Source: Eledone cirrhosa (taxonomy: Eukaryota). From it: 64,000 bases of DNA. The notes beneath the pieces are model-generated. The model searched no databases, had not been told where the DNA came from, and worked only from the letters and a program-made list of their open reading frames with translations. Shown here piece by piece: positions 42,044 through 56,434 of this stretch (positions are counted from its first letter, which is position 1; the number at the start of each line of letters is the position of its first letter). The DNA lies in NCBI GenBank assembly GCA_964016885.1, contig OZ024746.1, positions 99,758,001 through 99,822,000 on the forward strand, in the 5' to 3' direction. The translations under genes and the position numbers were made by a program.

Positions 42044-42149
42044 TTAATCTGTTATTTTAATAAATATTTGCTCTACGGTTCTTATATATTTGATATATAT
42101 TTTCCTTATCGAGCCCTCTTTGGATTTTAGTCTTCAATTTTATTATTAT

Positions 42150-42203
<54 letters not shown>

Positions 42204-42429
42204 GTGTGTGTGTGTGTGTACATGTGTGTACATATATATATTATATGTATACACACATATATATACATATACATATGTACGTATGGGTTATATCGAACAT
42301 TAATAATAATATTCGATTCGTTTGTAAACAAACGGCCCGATTAGAGCTATGCCATGCCGATGACCAATCGTCATCCGTTTGTTCAACACTGACATTAGCT
42401 TACATACAAATCGAATATTATTATTAATG

Positions 42430-42537
42430 TTCAAATCCCGCCGAGGTTAACTTTGCCTTACGGGGTCGATAAAATAAAGTACCAGTAATGTACTGGGTAA
42501 TTGCTGGCCGTGTGCCAAAAGTAGAAACAATTATTAA
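42430..42537 (+). mobile_element. SINE family A, truncated
   Basis: B box through tail. Confidence 0.75.
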
Positions 42538-42565
42538 TGCATATATATGTATATATGTGTATGTG

Positions 42566-42684
<119 letters not shown>

Positions 42685-42789
42685 ACGTATGCATACTTAC
42701 ATCTATGTATCAGCTGTGCTAGGGCGAGAAATAAAATTTTAATTTTATATATATATATCTATATTAATAATTAACGGTGCTGCGATTGA

Positions 42790-43277
42790 ATGTGGACTTT
42801 TAGCCCAGCCAATGATCTAAAATGTATTGCACAGAGTTGGCAACCATGATAAAAAAATTTTACTGGCAGTAGCCGGCTGTGGTTGGTCGGCATGTACTTT
42901 TGTATGTCGTTTTAGCCCCCCTGTCGATCTACACTCTTTTCCACATGCTTGACAGGTATGAAGAGCAGCATCTCCGACAGCAGCCTGGTAGTCAACTACT
43001 GGTCTCACTTTATGAATAAGAAGATGACATTTTAATCCAGCTTTGCTGAGTCAGAGTCTTGTACAGACGCTGCATGTCAGCGCCATAGGAGGACCTTTGC
43101 TGTCTGAAAATATAACAGCAATGCCTTTCCTCACATCCCTTTTTACTTTCTCGTATGCGATTCGAGATGCTTCAAAAGCAACTTTTCCCTCATATCAGCA
43201 GCAACATTTTCCCATGTATCAGAGATGTTAGTGTCTTTCAAGGAGGCTTTCAATAAATCCTTATACCTTTTTTTTTC
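42790..43277 (-). mobile_element. RTE 3' fragment with C2H2 finger
   Basis: KKRYKDLLKASLK..WE..A.D; CQACGKECRSTGGLKRHTKVH. Confidence 0.6.
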
Positions 43278-43423
43278 TACATACATATACACACGCATAC
43301 ATACATACACACACACATACATACATACATACATACATACACAATTACATACATACATACATGCATACGTACACACATGCATACATACATAAAGAGATAC
43401 ATACATACATATATACATACATG

Positions 43424-46310
43424 ATGGCCGCAAACTTGCGTTCGAGCATTGCCATCGCCTGATGAATTGCTAAAAAATGTGAGGCATGAATGTGGTTCTT
43501 CAAACCAGCAAAAGATTTTCATTCTCTGGTACATACATGGCAACTGTAGACTCCTCTGGGACTTTCCACTGCTTGGTTCTCACTGTGCGTTCTCACAAGC
43601 CTTGCATATTCATTGTCACATCCCCTACACCTTTTCAGATCATGCTGTTCGTAATCTACATGAGATTTACTGATATGACATTGTTCATGATCAGCTTTGC
43701 TCAGGCAGACCACAGTGCTGGCAAACCAGATGATGTTCAACAGTAGGCAGTTCAGAACAGTCTCTTTTCCTCACCTTCCTTTTCAGTGTTTGATGTTCTC
43801 TCTGGCGAGTTTCAAAGTGTTCACCACCTGACTTGATCAAACGTCTCCACTTCACACGCTCCTCAGCCATTTTTTCCCATTCATCAAATGAAATATCAGC
43901 GCAAGCCAAGGTGCCCTGATACAGTCCCAGTACCGCATTTTTGGTTTGTGTGTTGGTCGCCTCCCTTCGCACAGTTAACCGTAGGGCAGTTGCTTTAGAA
44001 TGCGACCATCAGACATCCCAACCACGTGACCGCACCATCTCAACCGATTCCAAAAGATCAGACTCTCTATACTCACGCACCTGTTCTGTTCGAGAACTTC
44101 CAAATCACTGACGAACATTTTCCATCGCACTCCAAGTATCTTACGAAGAGATTGTTGGTGAAACCTCTCCAGTTCCTTGAGGTACATTCTGTATGTGACC
44201 CACATTTCACATACATAAGGCAAAGATGAGTGGACATAAGTCAATAGACTTTTACCATGGTTTCAATGGTGATACTTCATCTGGACTATAAAAATTCATT
44301 TAGCCGTCCGAAAGCATCACTGGCTTTCTTGATTCTTAAGGATATCTCATCATCAAGTGTGCATAAAGTGTTCAACGTACTCCCAAGGTAAACAGACTTC
44401 AACACCTTTAAGCCTTGGTGTAGTGTATTCTTTCCTGGTACATAACAATAGTCTTGTCCAGGCTTATTGCGCTGCAAGCTTCAGAAAAAGAGTTTATAAT
44501 ATGCTGCATGTCACTTTGTGAGTGTGCAAAAAGATCGCAGTCATCTGCATACAAAAGCTCTCGGATAATAGATGTCAATACCTTCGAGCTTGCACCAAAG
44601 CACCACATGTTGAACAACCTTCCCGAAATGTGATACCTGGTGTAAATTCCATGCGAATAATTTTTGAATGCCATGAGAAACACTATCATAAAATATAAGG
44701 AAAACAAAGTTGGAGCCGGAATGTCCCCTGCTTCACTCCATTTTCAACTGATATTGGTTCAGAAATGTTACCACCAATACCGACCCAAGCCTTCATGTCA
44801 TCATGAAAAGGACGCAGAATTTTCACAAACTTTGGAGGGCAGCCAAGCTTTTCTAAAATGTTCCACAACACAGTTCGATTGACGGTGTCAAAGGCCTTTG
44901 TCAAGTCAACAAATACCTGGTAAACATCCCTGCATTGATACATTTTCTTGCAGCTGCCGAGCAGAAAAGATTATATCCACCGTTCCTCTTTCGTTTCTGA
45001 ACCCACACTGCGACTCAGGTAACACATTCAGAGAAACCCTTGCGATAAATCTATCCATCAAAATTCGACACATGACTTTACCAACTACTGAAAGAAGTGA
45101 TATGCCACGATAATTGGCACATTTGTCCTTCCCACACTTTCCTTTATGGAGAATCACCATGAGTGCATCCTTCCAATCTTGTGGGACAATCTCATCTTCC
45201 CACACCTTTTTCATGAGGTCAATCAGGCGCTGCGTATAATTTTCACCATCGCACTTCAAAATCTGTGCACTCAGAACATTCATACCAGGAGACTTACCAC
45301 AGTTCAGCTTATGCACAGCAGAAGTCACCTCTGCAAGAGAAGGTACATCAGCCATCTCATGCTTCACTGGTTCAATAGGAATGGAGCAAATGAAACCATC
45401 ATCAACCTGGGATGGCTGGTTTAAGAGCTCATCAAAGTGATCTCTCAATATGTCGAGTATGTCTTTTGGATGGAGCAGTAACTGCTTGCCATCTTTTGAT
45501 CTCAACGGTGTCACTGGTGAACTGAAAGGACCATACAACTCTCTGAGTAGAGAGTGCAGCAGTTTCATATTGTTGCCATCAGATGCCGCTTGAACTTCAT
45601 CTGCTTTGTTGCTCCACCAGGTATTTGACATGGCCCTGAGTTTCACCTACACCTTCTTCTTTACATGTCTGTAATGCTTATAAGTGTCAACAACAGAGCT
45701 ACCTTTAAGAACTGCATCGAGTGCCTTTTGTTTTCTGTCCAGCAGAGCCGTAACTTCCCGATCATTCTCATCAAACCAGTCCCCGTGATTTCTTGTGACA
45801 AAGCCAAGGACCTCAGCTGAAGCCTCATAGACCGAGCTCCTGAGGTCATTCAAGTTGTTCGCACAATCAATGTTTTCAAGCCTGTGACGTAGCTCTTCCT
45901 TGACACCCTTATCTTTCATACGATCTATATTCAAGGGCTTTGGAATGTTGACACCATTTGTTCTTGTTTGAGGTTTGATCACGAAGTTTGCCTTGGCGCG
46001 CACCAGACGATGGTCTGCCCAGCACTCTGCGCCACGCAGAACACGCACATGTTTGATATCCTGCATGTCACATTTCTTCACAAGAACATAGTCGATCAGA
46101 TGCCACATTTTCGACCAAGGATGCATCTATGTTGTCTTGAACTTATTCTTTTGCTGGAACATCGTGCTTGCAATGAACAAATCTAACTCCACACACATCT
46201 ACAAGAGTAGACCATTGCTGTTACATTTCCCTATGCCATGTCTGCTGATCACATCCCAAATCTCATAGTCCCTGCCAACGCATACGTTGAAATCACCAAG
46301 TACGACAATA
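43424..46310 (-). pseudogene. Decayed RTE-clade LINE (APE + RT) with (TATG)n tail
   Basis: [88 protein letters not shown]; many frameshifts. Confidence 0.92.
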
Positions 46311-46549
46311 CATACACACACATATACATACATACATACATACATATATACACACATACATACATATATACACATATACATACATATATACACATACACA
46401 TACACACATACATATATACACATATACATACATACACACATACATACAAACATACATACACATATACATGCACACATACATGCAATGACTCAACAAACAT
46501 TTTTATCAATGGTCTAACTTTCACCAATATCTGACGAAAACTGCTACAC

Positions 46550-47730
46550 ATACCAAGGGATAGATGAGAATATATCCTATGATGGTATCTGTAACAAGGA
46601 ACGCGTAACCAGAGAATATTACACCCGATTAAGAAACATATGGTCGTCGGAAATGTCTGAACACAATAAAACAGTGGCTCACAATGTGTTTGCTGTGCCT
46701 GTCATAACACCAACATTTGGAATACTCAATTGGACGATAGACGAAATACGAACAATTGATGTTAAAAACCGAAACATCCTAAAAATAAAACATCGGAAAG
46801 TTCCACATCAACAGTGACATAGACCGCCTCTACTTGAAAGGTAAGCAGGAAGGCAGAGGCCTAACATCAGTCCAGATAGCATTTGAGTTTCGATCATATC
46901 CCTCCGACAACATTTAAGAACTTCCAAGCGTAGGAGTCCGTCTCTCGAGCTAGTCTATCTGCAGGAGACAGATAAGATCATGAGAATTTGGAAAGAACTC
47001 CTCGAAAGATATTCCCTGTGTGATAATCAAAAATTGACACCCATGGAAATTGCCCGGCAGTACTGCAGTCAACCCATGGATGAAAGACTGCATGCTTTTT
47101 AGCAAAATATCATGCATGGATATGTTGCCGGGAAGCTCCAGAGTGAGAGTAATATAGATAAATAAAGTAGTTTATCTTGGACCAACAACCGCTATATTGG
47201 CTTCCACTTTGAAGGGTACGCTTTTGCAATCCAAGAACAGAAAATCAATATAAAATACCTGATTCAGATAAGAGATAGACATTTATGCAAAACACCTAGA
47301 TGTGACCTCAAATGCAGACTCTGCAGAACTAACATCGAGGATATCACCCATGTCATAAGTAGCTGTCCAAAGTTGTCATCGCGGTACTATCTACCTATAA
47401 GGCATGATATAGTGGCCAAAACACTGTACAATACAATCCGTGAAAAGATAGCCCCGACAATAAACACATTAAAAGCTACAGCAATGTGGAAGACATCCAT
47501 GTACATAATATGAAAGAGTACTGGTGGAATGTTCCAGTAAAAACTCCAATATATGAAGGCATAACAGACCAGATATAATGATATGGGACAGGGAAAAGAA
47601 GGTATGCACAGTTGTGGAAGGCAGCTGCCCAGCAGATGCCAATATAATATCAATTAACGAAAAGGAGAATATTTATGCAGAACAAATGAAGAATCTACAG
47701 ATACTCCACCCTGACTATACCTTCAGATTT
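46550..47730 (+). pseudogene. Decayed R4/Dong-like RLE retrotransposon (RT C-terminus, CCHC, RLE)
   Basis: NVFAVPVI..FGILNW, DRLYL..GRGL, CRLC...EDITHVISSC...RHD, RPDIMIWD..VE.SCP. Confidence 0.75.
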
Positions 47731-47989
47731 GTTGTTTTTGTTGTTCTGACTGTCAGTAAGTCTGTGATCACTAACTGTGCCGACGAGAAGAATATCGTTG
47801 CCGTTGTTTTCGTAAATTATCAAAAGCCAGCAAAATCTGTCAGGGTCACCAATGCAGCAATGTTTGAATATTCATGAGATGTGGGACAAAAGATGGTTTG
47901 GGTTTCTTGTTCGTTGCTCACTTTGGCATGGAAGATGGTGTAGCAGTAATGTTGTTGGGTTGAAGGGTGATTAAGTATAAGGTAGGCCT

Positions 47990-48830
47990 GTCCCATATAA
48001 GGCGCGGTGTGAAATGCTTTTGAATGAACAAATAAAACATGATCGCTTCTTAAATATATTCATAATACACAGAATATCAAGGACATGAAAACAACATCGT
48101 GGACATGGCTTAAGCAAAGCGATTTGAAACGTGCCACTGAAAGCCTTATAGTTGAAGCGCAAGACCAAGCTCTTGCTACCAATTGAGTGAAATCTACAAA
48201 ACCTCTGACACCCAGAAATGCAGGATCTGTTGAAAGAATGTGAACAATGAGGCCCACTTGGTAAGTAGATATGAGATCCCTGCGCTACGATAACGTCTGT
48301 CTATACCTTCATTGGCTTCTATGTCGTCAATACCAATATGAAGTCATACAGACTATATATAAGCATGTGCCTTGTAAAGAAATGCAGGAAAACGTGGAAG
48401 CAACGATATTCTGGGATTATAATTTTCAAATTGCGTAATTGAACCTTACCGACCAGACCTTGTTGTGATGAACAAGAAAGACAAATACTGTTAGATCATC
48501 GACGTGGCCATACCAAATGACACGAATATTGTGAGTAAGGAGATTGAAAAAACCAACTATTCTGAATTGAAAATGGAGCTGGCAAGACTATTTGGAGTGC
48601 AAGAAGGTAATGTGAAAGTGATACCAGTTGCGATCGGGGTATTAGGGTCAATCCTATTGAAACTTCAAGACTTCTTAAAACGACCGGAAATACCGTACAG
48701 GTTGGTGTCATACAAAAGGTGGCTTTTCTAGGTACTGCACACATTTTGAGGAAAGTATTATCTCTCTGAGGTCCTTGTTGTGACTTGACAGACAGGTGAC
48801 TGAATACCCCGGTGCATTAACAATAATAAT
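47990..48830 (+). pseudogene. Second R4-like 3' fragment with (TAA)n tail
   Basis: TESLIVEAQDQAL, RPDLVV..IIDVAIP.D, VIPVAIGVLG. Confidence 0.75.
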
Positions 48831-49492
48831 TGTTTCTACTATAGGCACACGGCCAGCAATTTGAAGAGGGGATCGTGAAGAGGGGATCGTGAAGAGGGGA
48901 TCGTGAAAAAAATCGATCCCGGTGCATTACTGGTGCTTTATTTTATCGACGCCGTAAAGATGAAATGCAAAGCTAACATCGGCAGGATTTGAACTCAAAT
49001 CGTAAAGGACCGTAACTCTACACCACAAAGCATATTGTCCGAGGCTTTACCGATACAGCCAATCCACCGCCCTGATACTGCTGCTAATAATAATAATAAT
49101 TGTTTCTACGTTTGGCACAAGGCCAGAAATTACCCAGAGCATTACTGGTACTTTATTTTATCGACCCCGTAAGGATGAAAGGCAAAGTTAACCTCGGCGG
49201 GATTTGAACTCAGAATGACAAGGGCCGTAACTCTATACGTAAAAGCAGAGCGTCCGACCCTCTACCGATACTGCCAATCAATGGTTTCTTATATAGGCAC
49301 AAGGCCAGTAATTTGGGGGGAAGGGAAATTCGATTAAATCTACCCCAGTGCGTCACTGGTACTTTATTTTATTGACTCCGTAAGGATGAAAGGCAAAGTT
49401 AACCTCGGCGGGATTTGAACTCAGATCATAAACGACCGTAACTCTATGCTGCAAAGCATGGTGTCTGACACTCTACCGATACTGCCAATCAA
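48826..49492 (-). mobile_element. Three head-to-tail SINE family A copies
   Basis: Copies at ~48826-49073, 49095-49280 and 49281-49492. Confidence 0.85.
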
Positions 49493-50727
49493 TAATGATA
49501 GTGGCAATAATACTGTTTTAATTATTCACTTCGAAGCTGCTCTTCCGCTATAAAATTACTTATACTATATAAAAGGCAGTAACATTTTACAACTATCTCA
49601 ACAATTCAAGTGCTATATATGTCTATATTTGTCAGATCTTGATACATATTTAATATATAGCTTCTTCTTCTTCTTCTTCTTCTTCTTCACCCACTTATTC
49701 CTGAGAGGGTCGTGAGGGCAGAGTCCTCAAACACTCTTTCCAGCGGCTCCTGACACAAGCAACCGTCTCCAGCTGGATCCCTAAACGAAACCAGCCAAGC
49801 TCATGGACGTTATCCAACCATGCTGCCAGGGGGTCATTAAATTTTATCGTCATAGAATATCTTATGCAAAACCTTATGATGGGGGCTTATGATGGCGACG
49901 TAGGAGATGATATTGGCGACGATAAAATGAAAATGTATTCTAGATACATACTAGACATTCTTTTTAAATACAAGAAAGGACAGCATAGCTCCCCAGCTGC
50001 TAGAATTTCATATACAATATAGTTTATAATCTTTTAATTTTCAAAGCACGACAACCAACTACTGTGATGCGCACGTGTGTTAAAGTAATTTTTGTTTTAA
50101 AAGAATAAACCCTTAATATAAAGAGAAAACTAGCGCTTTATACCACTTAGGGCGGACACCTATTTAATTTTATCCAATTAGTTTGTTAAAAAAGTTTACT
50201 GCGTTTAATGTTGATTGCCGTGCAAGTCCTAGCCTTGAACGAATTAACTCTATTCAGAGTTAGATAGATTTTCTTCAGCTTTCTTCAACTACTTTTCATT
50301 GTTGTCGTTGGTTTTATTTAATGTTTTTTTTTTAAATGCAGGGTGCTACTGCGTTTTAGTAACAATTACAATGTAGCATTAATGTACGATATTCCGTAAT
50401 TTACTTGGTTAGCGATAAAACCTACTTCATCAACTTTCATCCAACACAAAGCCTCATTCTCTATTTCACCGTGGGAAAGTGAAGATTTCCTCGTATTAAA
50501 GACGTAGAAGTTTTAATGACATAAAGGTTTCTAATAAAAAGGCCACTGATGATATAAAACACTTCCAGAAGCCTATTTAGTAAGATCGGTCATTCATTAA
50601 TATAGTTGGTTTTAACATATTTAGTAAAGAAACATATTTATAGTGTCATATTTATTTAAAGTGATCACAAACCTGAAAGTATTGCGCTTGCCATTCCGAT
50701 ATTGAACTTTTTATCAGGGTGGTAATA

Positions 50728-51054
<327 letters not shown>

Positions 51055-51445
51055 CACACTACATCCACCATAAACTCATAATTTTAATACACAAACATCT
51101 TTGTCTGCTTGATACGCTTGTAAACCTGTGTTATTTTATGTTATACCTTTGCCATACAGTAATTATATATGCCTAGTACCATTACTTGTTTCCTACCTAG
51201 CTGTCCTGTATATGCCTAACACATTTTCACTCTCTATACGCTTGCATATGTACTGCTAGTGTCCTCGTTTTACGAGTAACTTTCTGTCTTGATGCATCTT
51301 TAATTATTATACTATTCTCTTGTAGTCTCTGTCACATCCATTCCACTCTGTAAATATGAAACTTTTGATGGCAACATTAATATCCATGTATCTATATGAT
51401 TGTTCAGTTGAATAGGAAGTTAATTATATGTCGAAACTTTGGTAG

Positions 51446-51492
51446 TGCTCCGATGAGTCCAAACGAAAGTTTGGAAGAAACGATTGTCAGCA
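51446..51492 (+). ncRNA. Type-I hammerhead, CCGATGA variant
   Basis: TGCT CCGATGA G-TCCAAAC-GAAA-GTTTGGA-A GAAA CGATT GTC^AGCA. Confidence 0.6.
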
Positions 51493-51531
51493 ATAACATG
51501 TGTTGAACATAATTTTATTGTGTAATTTATA

Positions 51532-51573
<42 letters not shown>

Positions 51574-51659
51574 GGAAAGTTATATTTAAATTGTTGGGTT
51601 ACAACTAGTAAATATTTATAACTGATATAAAAGCACTCGACAAGTATTTGGAGTATATT

Positions 51660-52015
51660 TACGATATTAAATAAATGGAAACTATATTTATAAAACCATA
51701 TTTATTTCATTATATATATTTCAGGGATATCATATTAACAATATGCTATGCCTTCCTCAGACAAAATACAATATAGACAGTTTTATAGATAAATAGATTT
51801 GACATACCGTTCAACATCGACTTGTATTTGAAAAATCAACTTTTCAAATACAAGTCAATGTTGAACGGTATGTCAAATCTATTTATCTATAAAACTGTCT
51901 ATATTGTATTTTGTCTGAGGAAGGCATAGCATATTGTTAATATGATATCCCTGAAATATATATAATGAAATAAATATGGTTTTATAAATATAGTTTCCAT
52001 TTATTTAATATCGTA
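51660..52015. repeat. 175-bp-arm palindrome (6-nt loop) with a hammerhead in each arm
   Basis: Arms 51660-51834 and 51841-52015, one mismatch seen; CTGAGGA..GAAATATATATA^ATGAAAT at 51915 (+) and mirrored at 51760 (-). Confidence 0.9.
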
Positions 52016-52197
52016 TATATATATATATATATATATAACGAAAGAAATGTGGTAAGGAACCAGGTGGACCATAACGCACCAAAGTACTCAATACTTAGGG
52101 TAGTAGAGTGGGTAATAGGAACGAGTAGGACCCCAACGGCTGAGCTCAAGCCGTTTCGACGGCTAATTCAGGACCAGCCGTCGGGGTCCTACTCGTT

Positions 52198-52250
<53 letters not shown>

Positions 52251-52419
52251 TTATTTATATTTAGATGTATTTATATATGTATACATATGTTTATATATAA
52301 GTGTATATATATATATATATATATATATACATTTATATATGTGTATATATATATTTTTTTTTATTATGTATATATACATTTATATATATGTATATATACA
52401 TTTATATATATGTATATGC

Positions 52420-52485
<66 letters not shown>

Positions 52486-52874
52486 GGTTTTAATTGAACA
52501 ATGAAAATAATAACAACAAAGTCAAGTTAATTTACCTATTCATATCATTGTTTTACGATCGTTTCGGAGGGTTGATCATATTGACATATTGACTGACCTA
52601 TAGCAGTTATATAACTGTATACTATCAGACTTCACATATAGGTTTGATCAGACAGTCTCCTTCGGAAACAATGAAGTTAGAATCTTTGTTATTAGTATAT
52701 AAACAGGGTAGATATAAGAATAGATATACCATACAAATACATATTCGAGATTGCCTCCTTAGATTGAGTGGGAGGAGAATAGTGGAACCCTACCGACAGA
52801 TGTCATTTAAGGTGGTTAAAAGGGTGAATGAGCAGTGCATAGTCGATGAATAAGAAGGGGTGGGATGGAAGTGA

Positions 52875-52945
52875 TAGAAGAAGAAGAAGAAGAAGAAGAA
52901 GAAGAAGAAGAAGAAGAAGAAGAAGAAGAAGAAGAAGAAGAAGAG
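52875..52945. repeat. (GAA)n
   Basis: Directly visible. Confidence 0.95.
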
Positions 52946-52996
52946 ACAGGAAAAGAAGGCATAGAAGAGAAAGAGAGATAAGAAGATCATTATTGT

Positions 52997-53205
52997 GACG
53001 GCAGTATCGATAGAGAGTCGGGCACCATGCTTTGCAACATAGAGTTACGGCCCTTTACGATATGAGTTCAATCCCGCCGAGGTTAACTTTGCCTTTCATC
53101 CTTACCGGGTCGATAAAATAAAGTACCAGTCACGCACTAGAGTCGATTTAATCGACTTTCCCCTCCCCTCAAATTTCTGGCCTTGTGCCTATATAAGAAA
53201 CCATT
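52997..53205 (+). mobile_element. SINE family A
   Basis: Matches the family consensus. Confidence 0.85.
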
Positions 53206-53479
53206 GTTGTGGTGAGTGTCCGAGGTGTAATAAATCTTCAATGAGAAGATGTCTTAATAGAAGGATGTTAAGTACTAGGTCGATAAGAAGTAAAAATAAA
53301 ATAAAATAAACTAATAAAGTAGACTTTTACTTGGGTGTTCTAATTCAGATATAGTGAAAACATTTGGTTATTGGATTAACTTATAAATTACTGTATTGTT
53401 AACCTGGGAAATCAGTATTTAGTTAACCTTAATAGATAAATTAGTAATCTCCTTATAATATATAACCAGCAATTTCTCT

Positions 53480-54625
53480 GTCTGTCTGTCCGACAGTGGA
53501 AACACGTGCGCGCGTGCGAATGTTTTTTGCGCACGCGTAGAGAGAGAGTGAGAGTGAAAGAAAGAGACAGACTACGAGAGGGGGATAGCGGGAGGAAGAG
53601 AGGGAGAGAGAGAGAGTGAATAGACGCTAAAACACGTGCGCGCGTGCGAATGTTTTTTGCGCGCGCGTAGAGAGAGAGTGAGAGTGAAAGAAAGAGACAA
53701 ACTACAAGAGGGAGGATAGCGGGAGAGAGAGAGAGACGCTGGAAGAGGGGAAGGAAAACTATATGTCTTGCTGTCTGCATTACGATACACATATATACAC
53801 ACACACACTGATCGCGTCATAATGACGTAATGCAGACAGCCAGACATACAGACAGATATTATAAGGGCGCAACGTTATATCTATGTATCTATCTAAAAAG
53901 AAAGACTAAGACTTATAGAGATCGATCGATAAATCGCCTAATGCGGTCCCTAGAGCATTGAAAATTTGAAATATTTTTTGCTCAAAACACTCACAGGACC
54001 CTAAGTATTGCATGTGTAAAGTTTGAAAACAATCGGTTGGGTGGTTCTCAAGTTTTAGTGAGCTGACAGACAGACAGACAGACATTCTCTGTTTTAGATA
54101 TATAGACTAGCAGAAAACCGCCCCCGCGTGGTTTTCTGCTAGTCTATATATCTAAAACAGAGAATGTTTGTATGTCTGCTTGTCTGTCTGTCTGTCTATC
54201 TGTCTGTCTGATCCCTAAAACTCGAGAACCACCCAACCGATTTTTTTCAAACTTTACACATGTAATACCTATGGTCGTGTGAGTGTTTTGAGCAAAAACT
54301 ATTTCAAATGTTCAATGCCCTAGGGACCGCATTAGGTGATTTAGCGATCTCTCTCTATAATTCTTAGTGTGTCTTTTTAGACAGATACATAGCTATAACG
54401 TCGCGCCCTTATAATATCTGTCTGTATGTCTGGCTGTTTGCATTACAACATTATGTCACTATCTGTGTGTGTATATATGTATATATAGTGTGTGTGTATA
54501 TATATATAGTGTGTAACGTTTTTCGAAATATTTACTTCTGCGTTCACAGATTGATTTTTTTTTAGTTTCAGAAGATCCCATTAAGGGTGAAAGCAGCGAT
54601 TCTTCGCTTAAACTTTAATCTATTA

Positions 54626-54699
<74 letters not shown>

Positions 54700-55162
54700 A
54701 TATATATATATACACACACATATATATATATAATTATATATTCGTGTACAGATATGTTTGCATACACAATAACAAAATATAAACAAACGTATTTATTTCA
54801 CGAGGCTCGATAAGGATAAATATATATCAAATATATAAGAACCCTAGAGCAAATATTGTTCTCATTGCTGACGAGGCAGAAGGGGATATACACAATTGGC
54901 TGAAGAAGGATGAGACTGTGTTAGTAGTACGACCAATGGCTGCTATCACACCAACAGCAGCAAAAACAACAACAAAAAAGAGAGGGAATGCTTTTGAAAA
55001 ATCTTAATGGAAAATTATTTGCCTATTCACCCAAGGCGACTTCACTTTTTAGTTGAACTTCTGCATCAATTGGTGAACATACGACGAAACTGATTCAGAA
55101 AGGAGGGATAAACATGCCAATTTACGTTTAGAATCCCGAGCAACGCCGGGCCATTCTGCTAG
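53480..55162. mobile_element. Inverted pair of non-autonomous Helitron copies
   Basis: Arms ~53800-54119 and 54130-54460; 5' TCTATATATC starts at 54143 (+) and 54106 (-); canonical 3' end CCCGAGCAACGCCGGG..CTAG|T at 55135-55162; ~130-bp direct duplication at 53500 and 53630. Confidence 0.65.
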
Positions 55163-55452
55163 TATTTAATAAAACCCAATTTGGAAGGCGTATCTTGTGT
55201 CTTACTCGGGGTTACATGTGCATATACAAACATATATAGACACACACACACATACACACATATATATACACATGCCCATATACACACCTACACATATACA
55301 TATACACAATTAAATCCACCAATTAATGGTAGGGTCCAAACCGTATGAAGAACTCAATGTAATCCGTATGTAGAAGATGTCGTGAAGCAAGGTTTAAAAT
55401 ACTAAATTTCAACGATATAATTCATTGGAAGCAGAGTCAAAATAATACAAAT

Positions 55453-55743
55453 AGTGAAAACAATGAAATTAAACAAAATACGGTAATTCATAGTAAAACT
55501 CATTATTTTACGATCGTTTCTGGGGCTAGTTCTCCGTATGTTCATTCTATAAGTGATCTATGTAAAATATATTACAAATTATCAAAGTAAGAAAATATAC
55601 ATACGTCATCCCTACCCGCCGTCTTCAGAAATAACTATTTACTAATAGAATGAACATACAGAGAACTAGCCCCAGAAACGATCGTAAAATAATGAGTTTT
55701 ACTATGAATTACTCGTATTTTGTTTAATTTCATTGTTTTCACT
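55453..55743. mobile_element. PLE-type fold-back containing a long-stem-II hammerhead on the minus strand
   Basis: Arms 55453-55550 and 55645-55743; minus strand TTATTT CTGAAGA [101 nt] GAAA CGATC GTA^AAATAA. Confidence 0.6.
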
Positions 55744-55750
55744 CATATAC

Positions 55751-55841
<91 letters not shown>

Positions 55842-56434
55842 CATACATACACGCAGCATGAGAAACATTTATTTCCTAAGAATTCGGATTCGTAATGGAG
55901 CTCGGATATTGGAAGAATTTTGTGCTAAATGTATAGGTTGTTTGGGTCTTAAGACATATTGCAGGTGAATTGTTACACTAACCTTGGACAAATTAATGAG
56001 TAATATAGAGAAAATTGTAAGGCTAAAGATTTATCCCAGGCTGGGAGATATTAATGCATGGTAATTAAAGATGGATTGAAATTTCTAATTTAAGGGTTTA
56101 GATAGAAATATATGATTCTCATTAACTCAATTTAGTTAGAATGTAAGTTATTTTGTGTAGTTTGAGAGTCCATATTGGTATTGATAAGCAACAGATTAAT
56201 TCAGATAGAATTAATTTTCAACCATCCTTTATTCTATATGTAAATTACCCTGTTAGGAATAAATTATATACATGTATGTCTTAATTACTTGAAGAAACTA
56301 GGTATGACTAAATTGATTTCAGGTATTATGTGGGTTTATAGTATATAAGTTTTGAGGATTTTGTGATTACATGATATAATTAATTCTTGCTTTTTATTTA
56401 GTAACCTATCTTTGGATTTCATTATTTGGAACAT

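Larger units (their letters stand above)
39402..42152 (+). mobile_element. Penelope-like element with inverted pLTR (arms 39402-40171 and 41300-42067)
   Basis: Near-perfect ~770-bp inverted repeat around a GIY-YIG ORF; TA tracts at both ends. Confidence 0.92.

Noticed and set aside
42817-43008. Host C2H2 zinc-finger gene
   Set aside because: A single finger at the end of a decayed RTE fragment.
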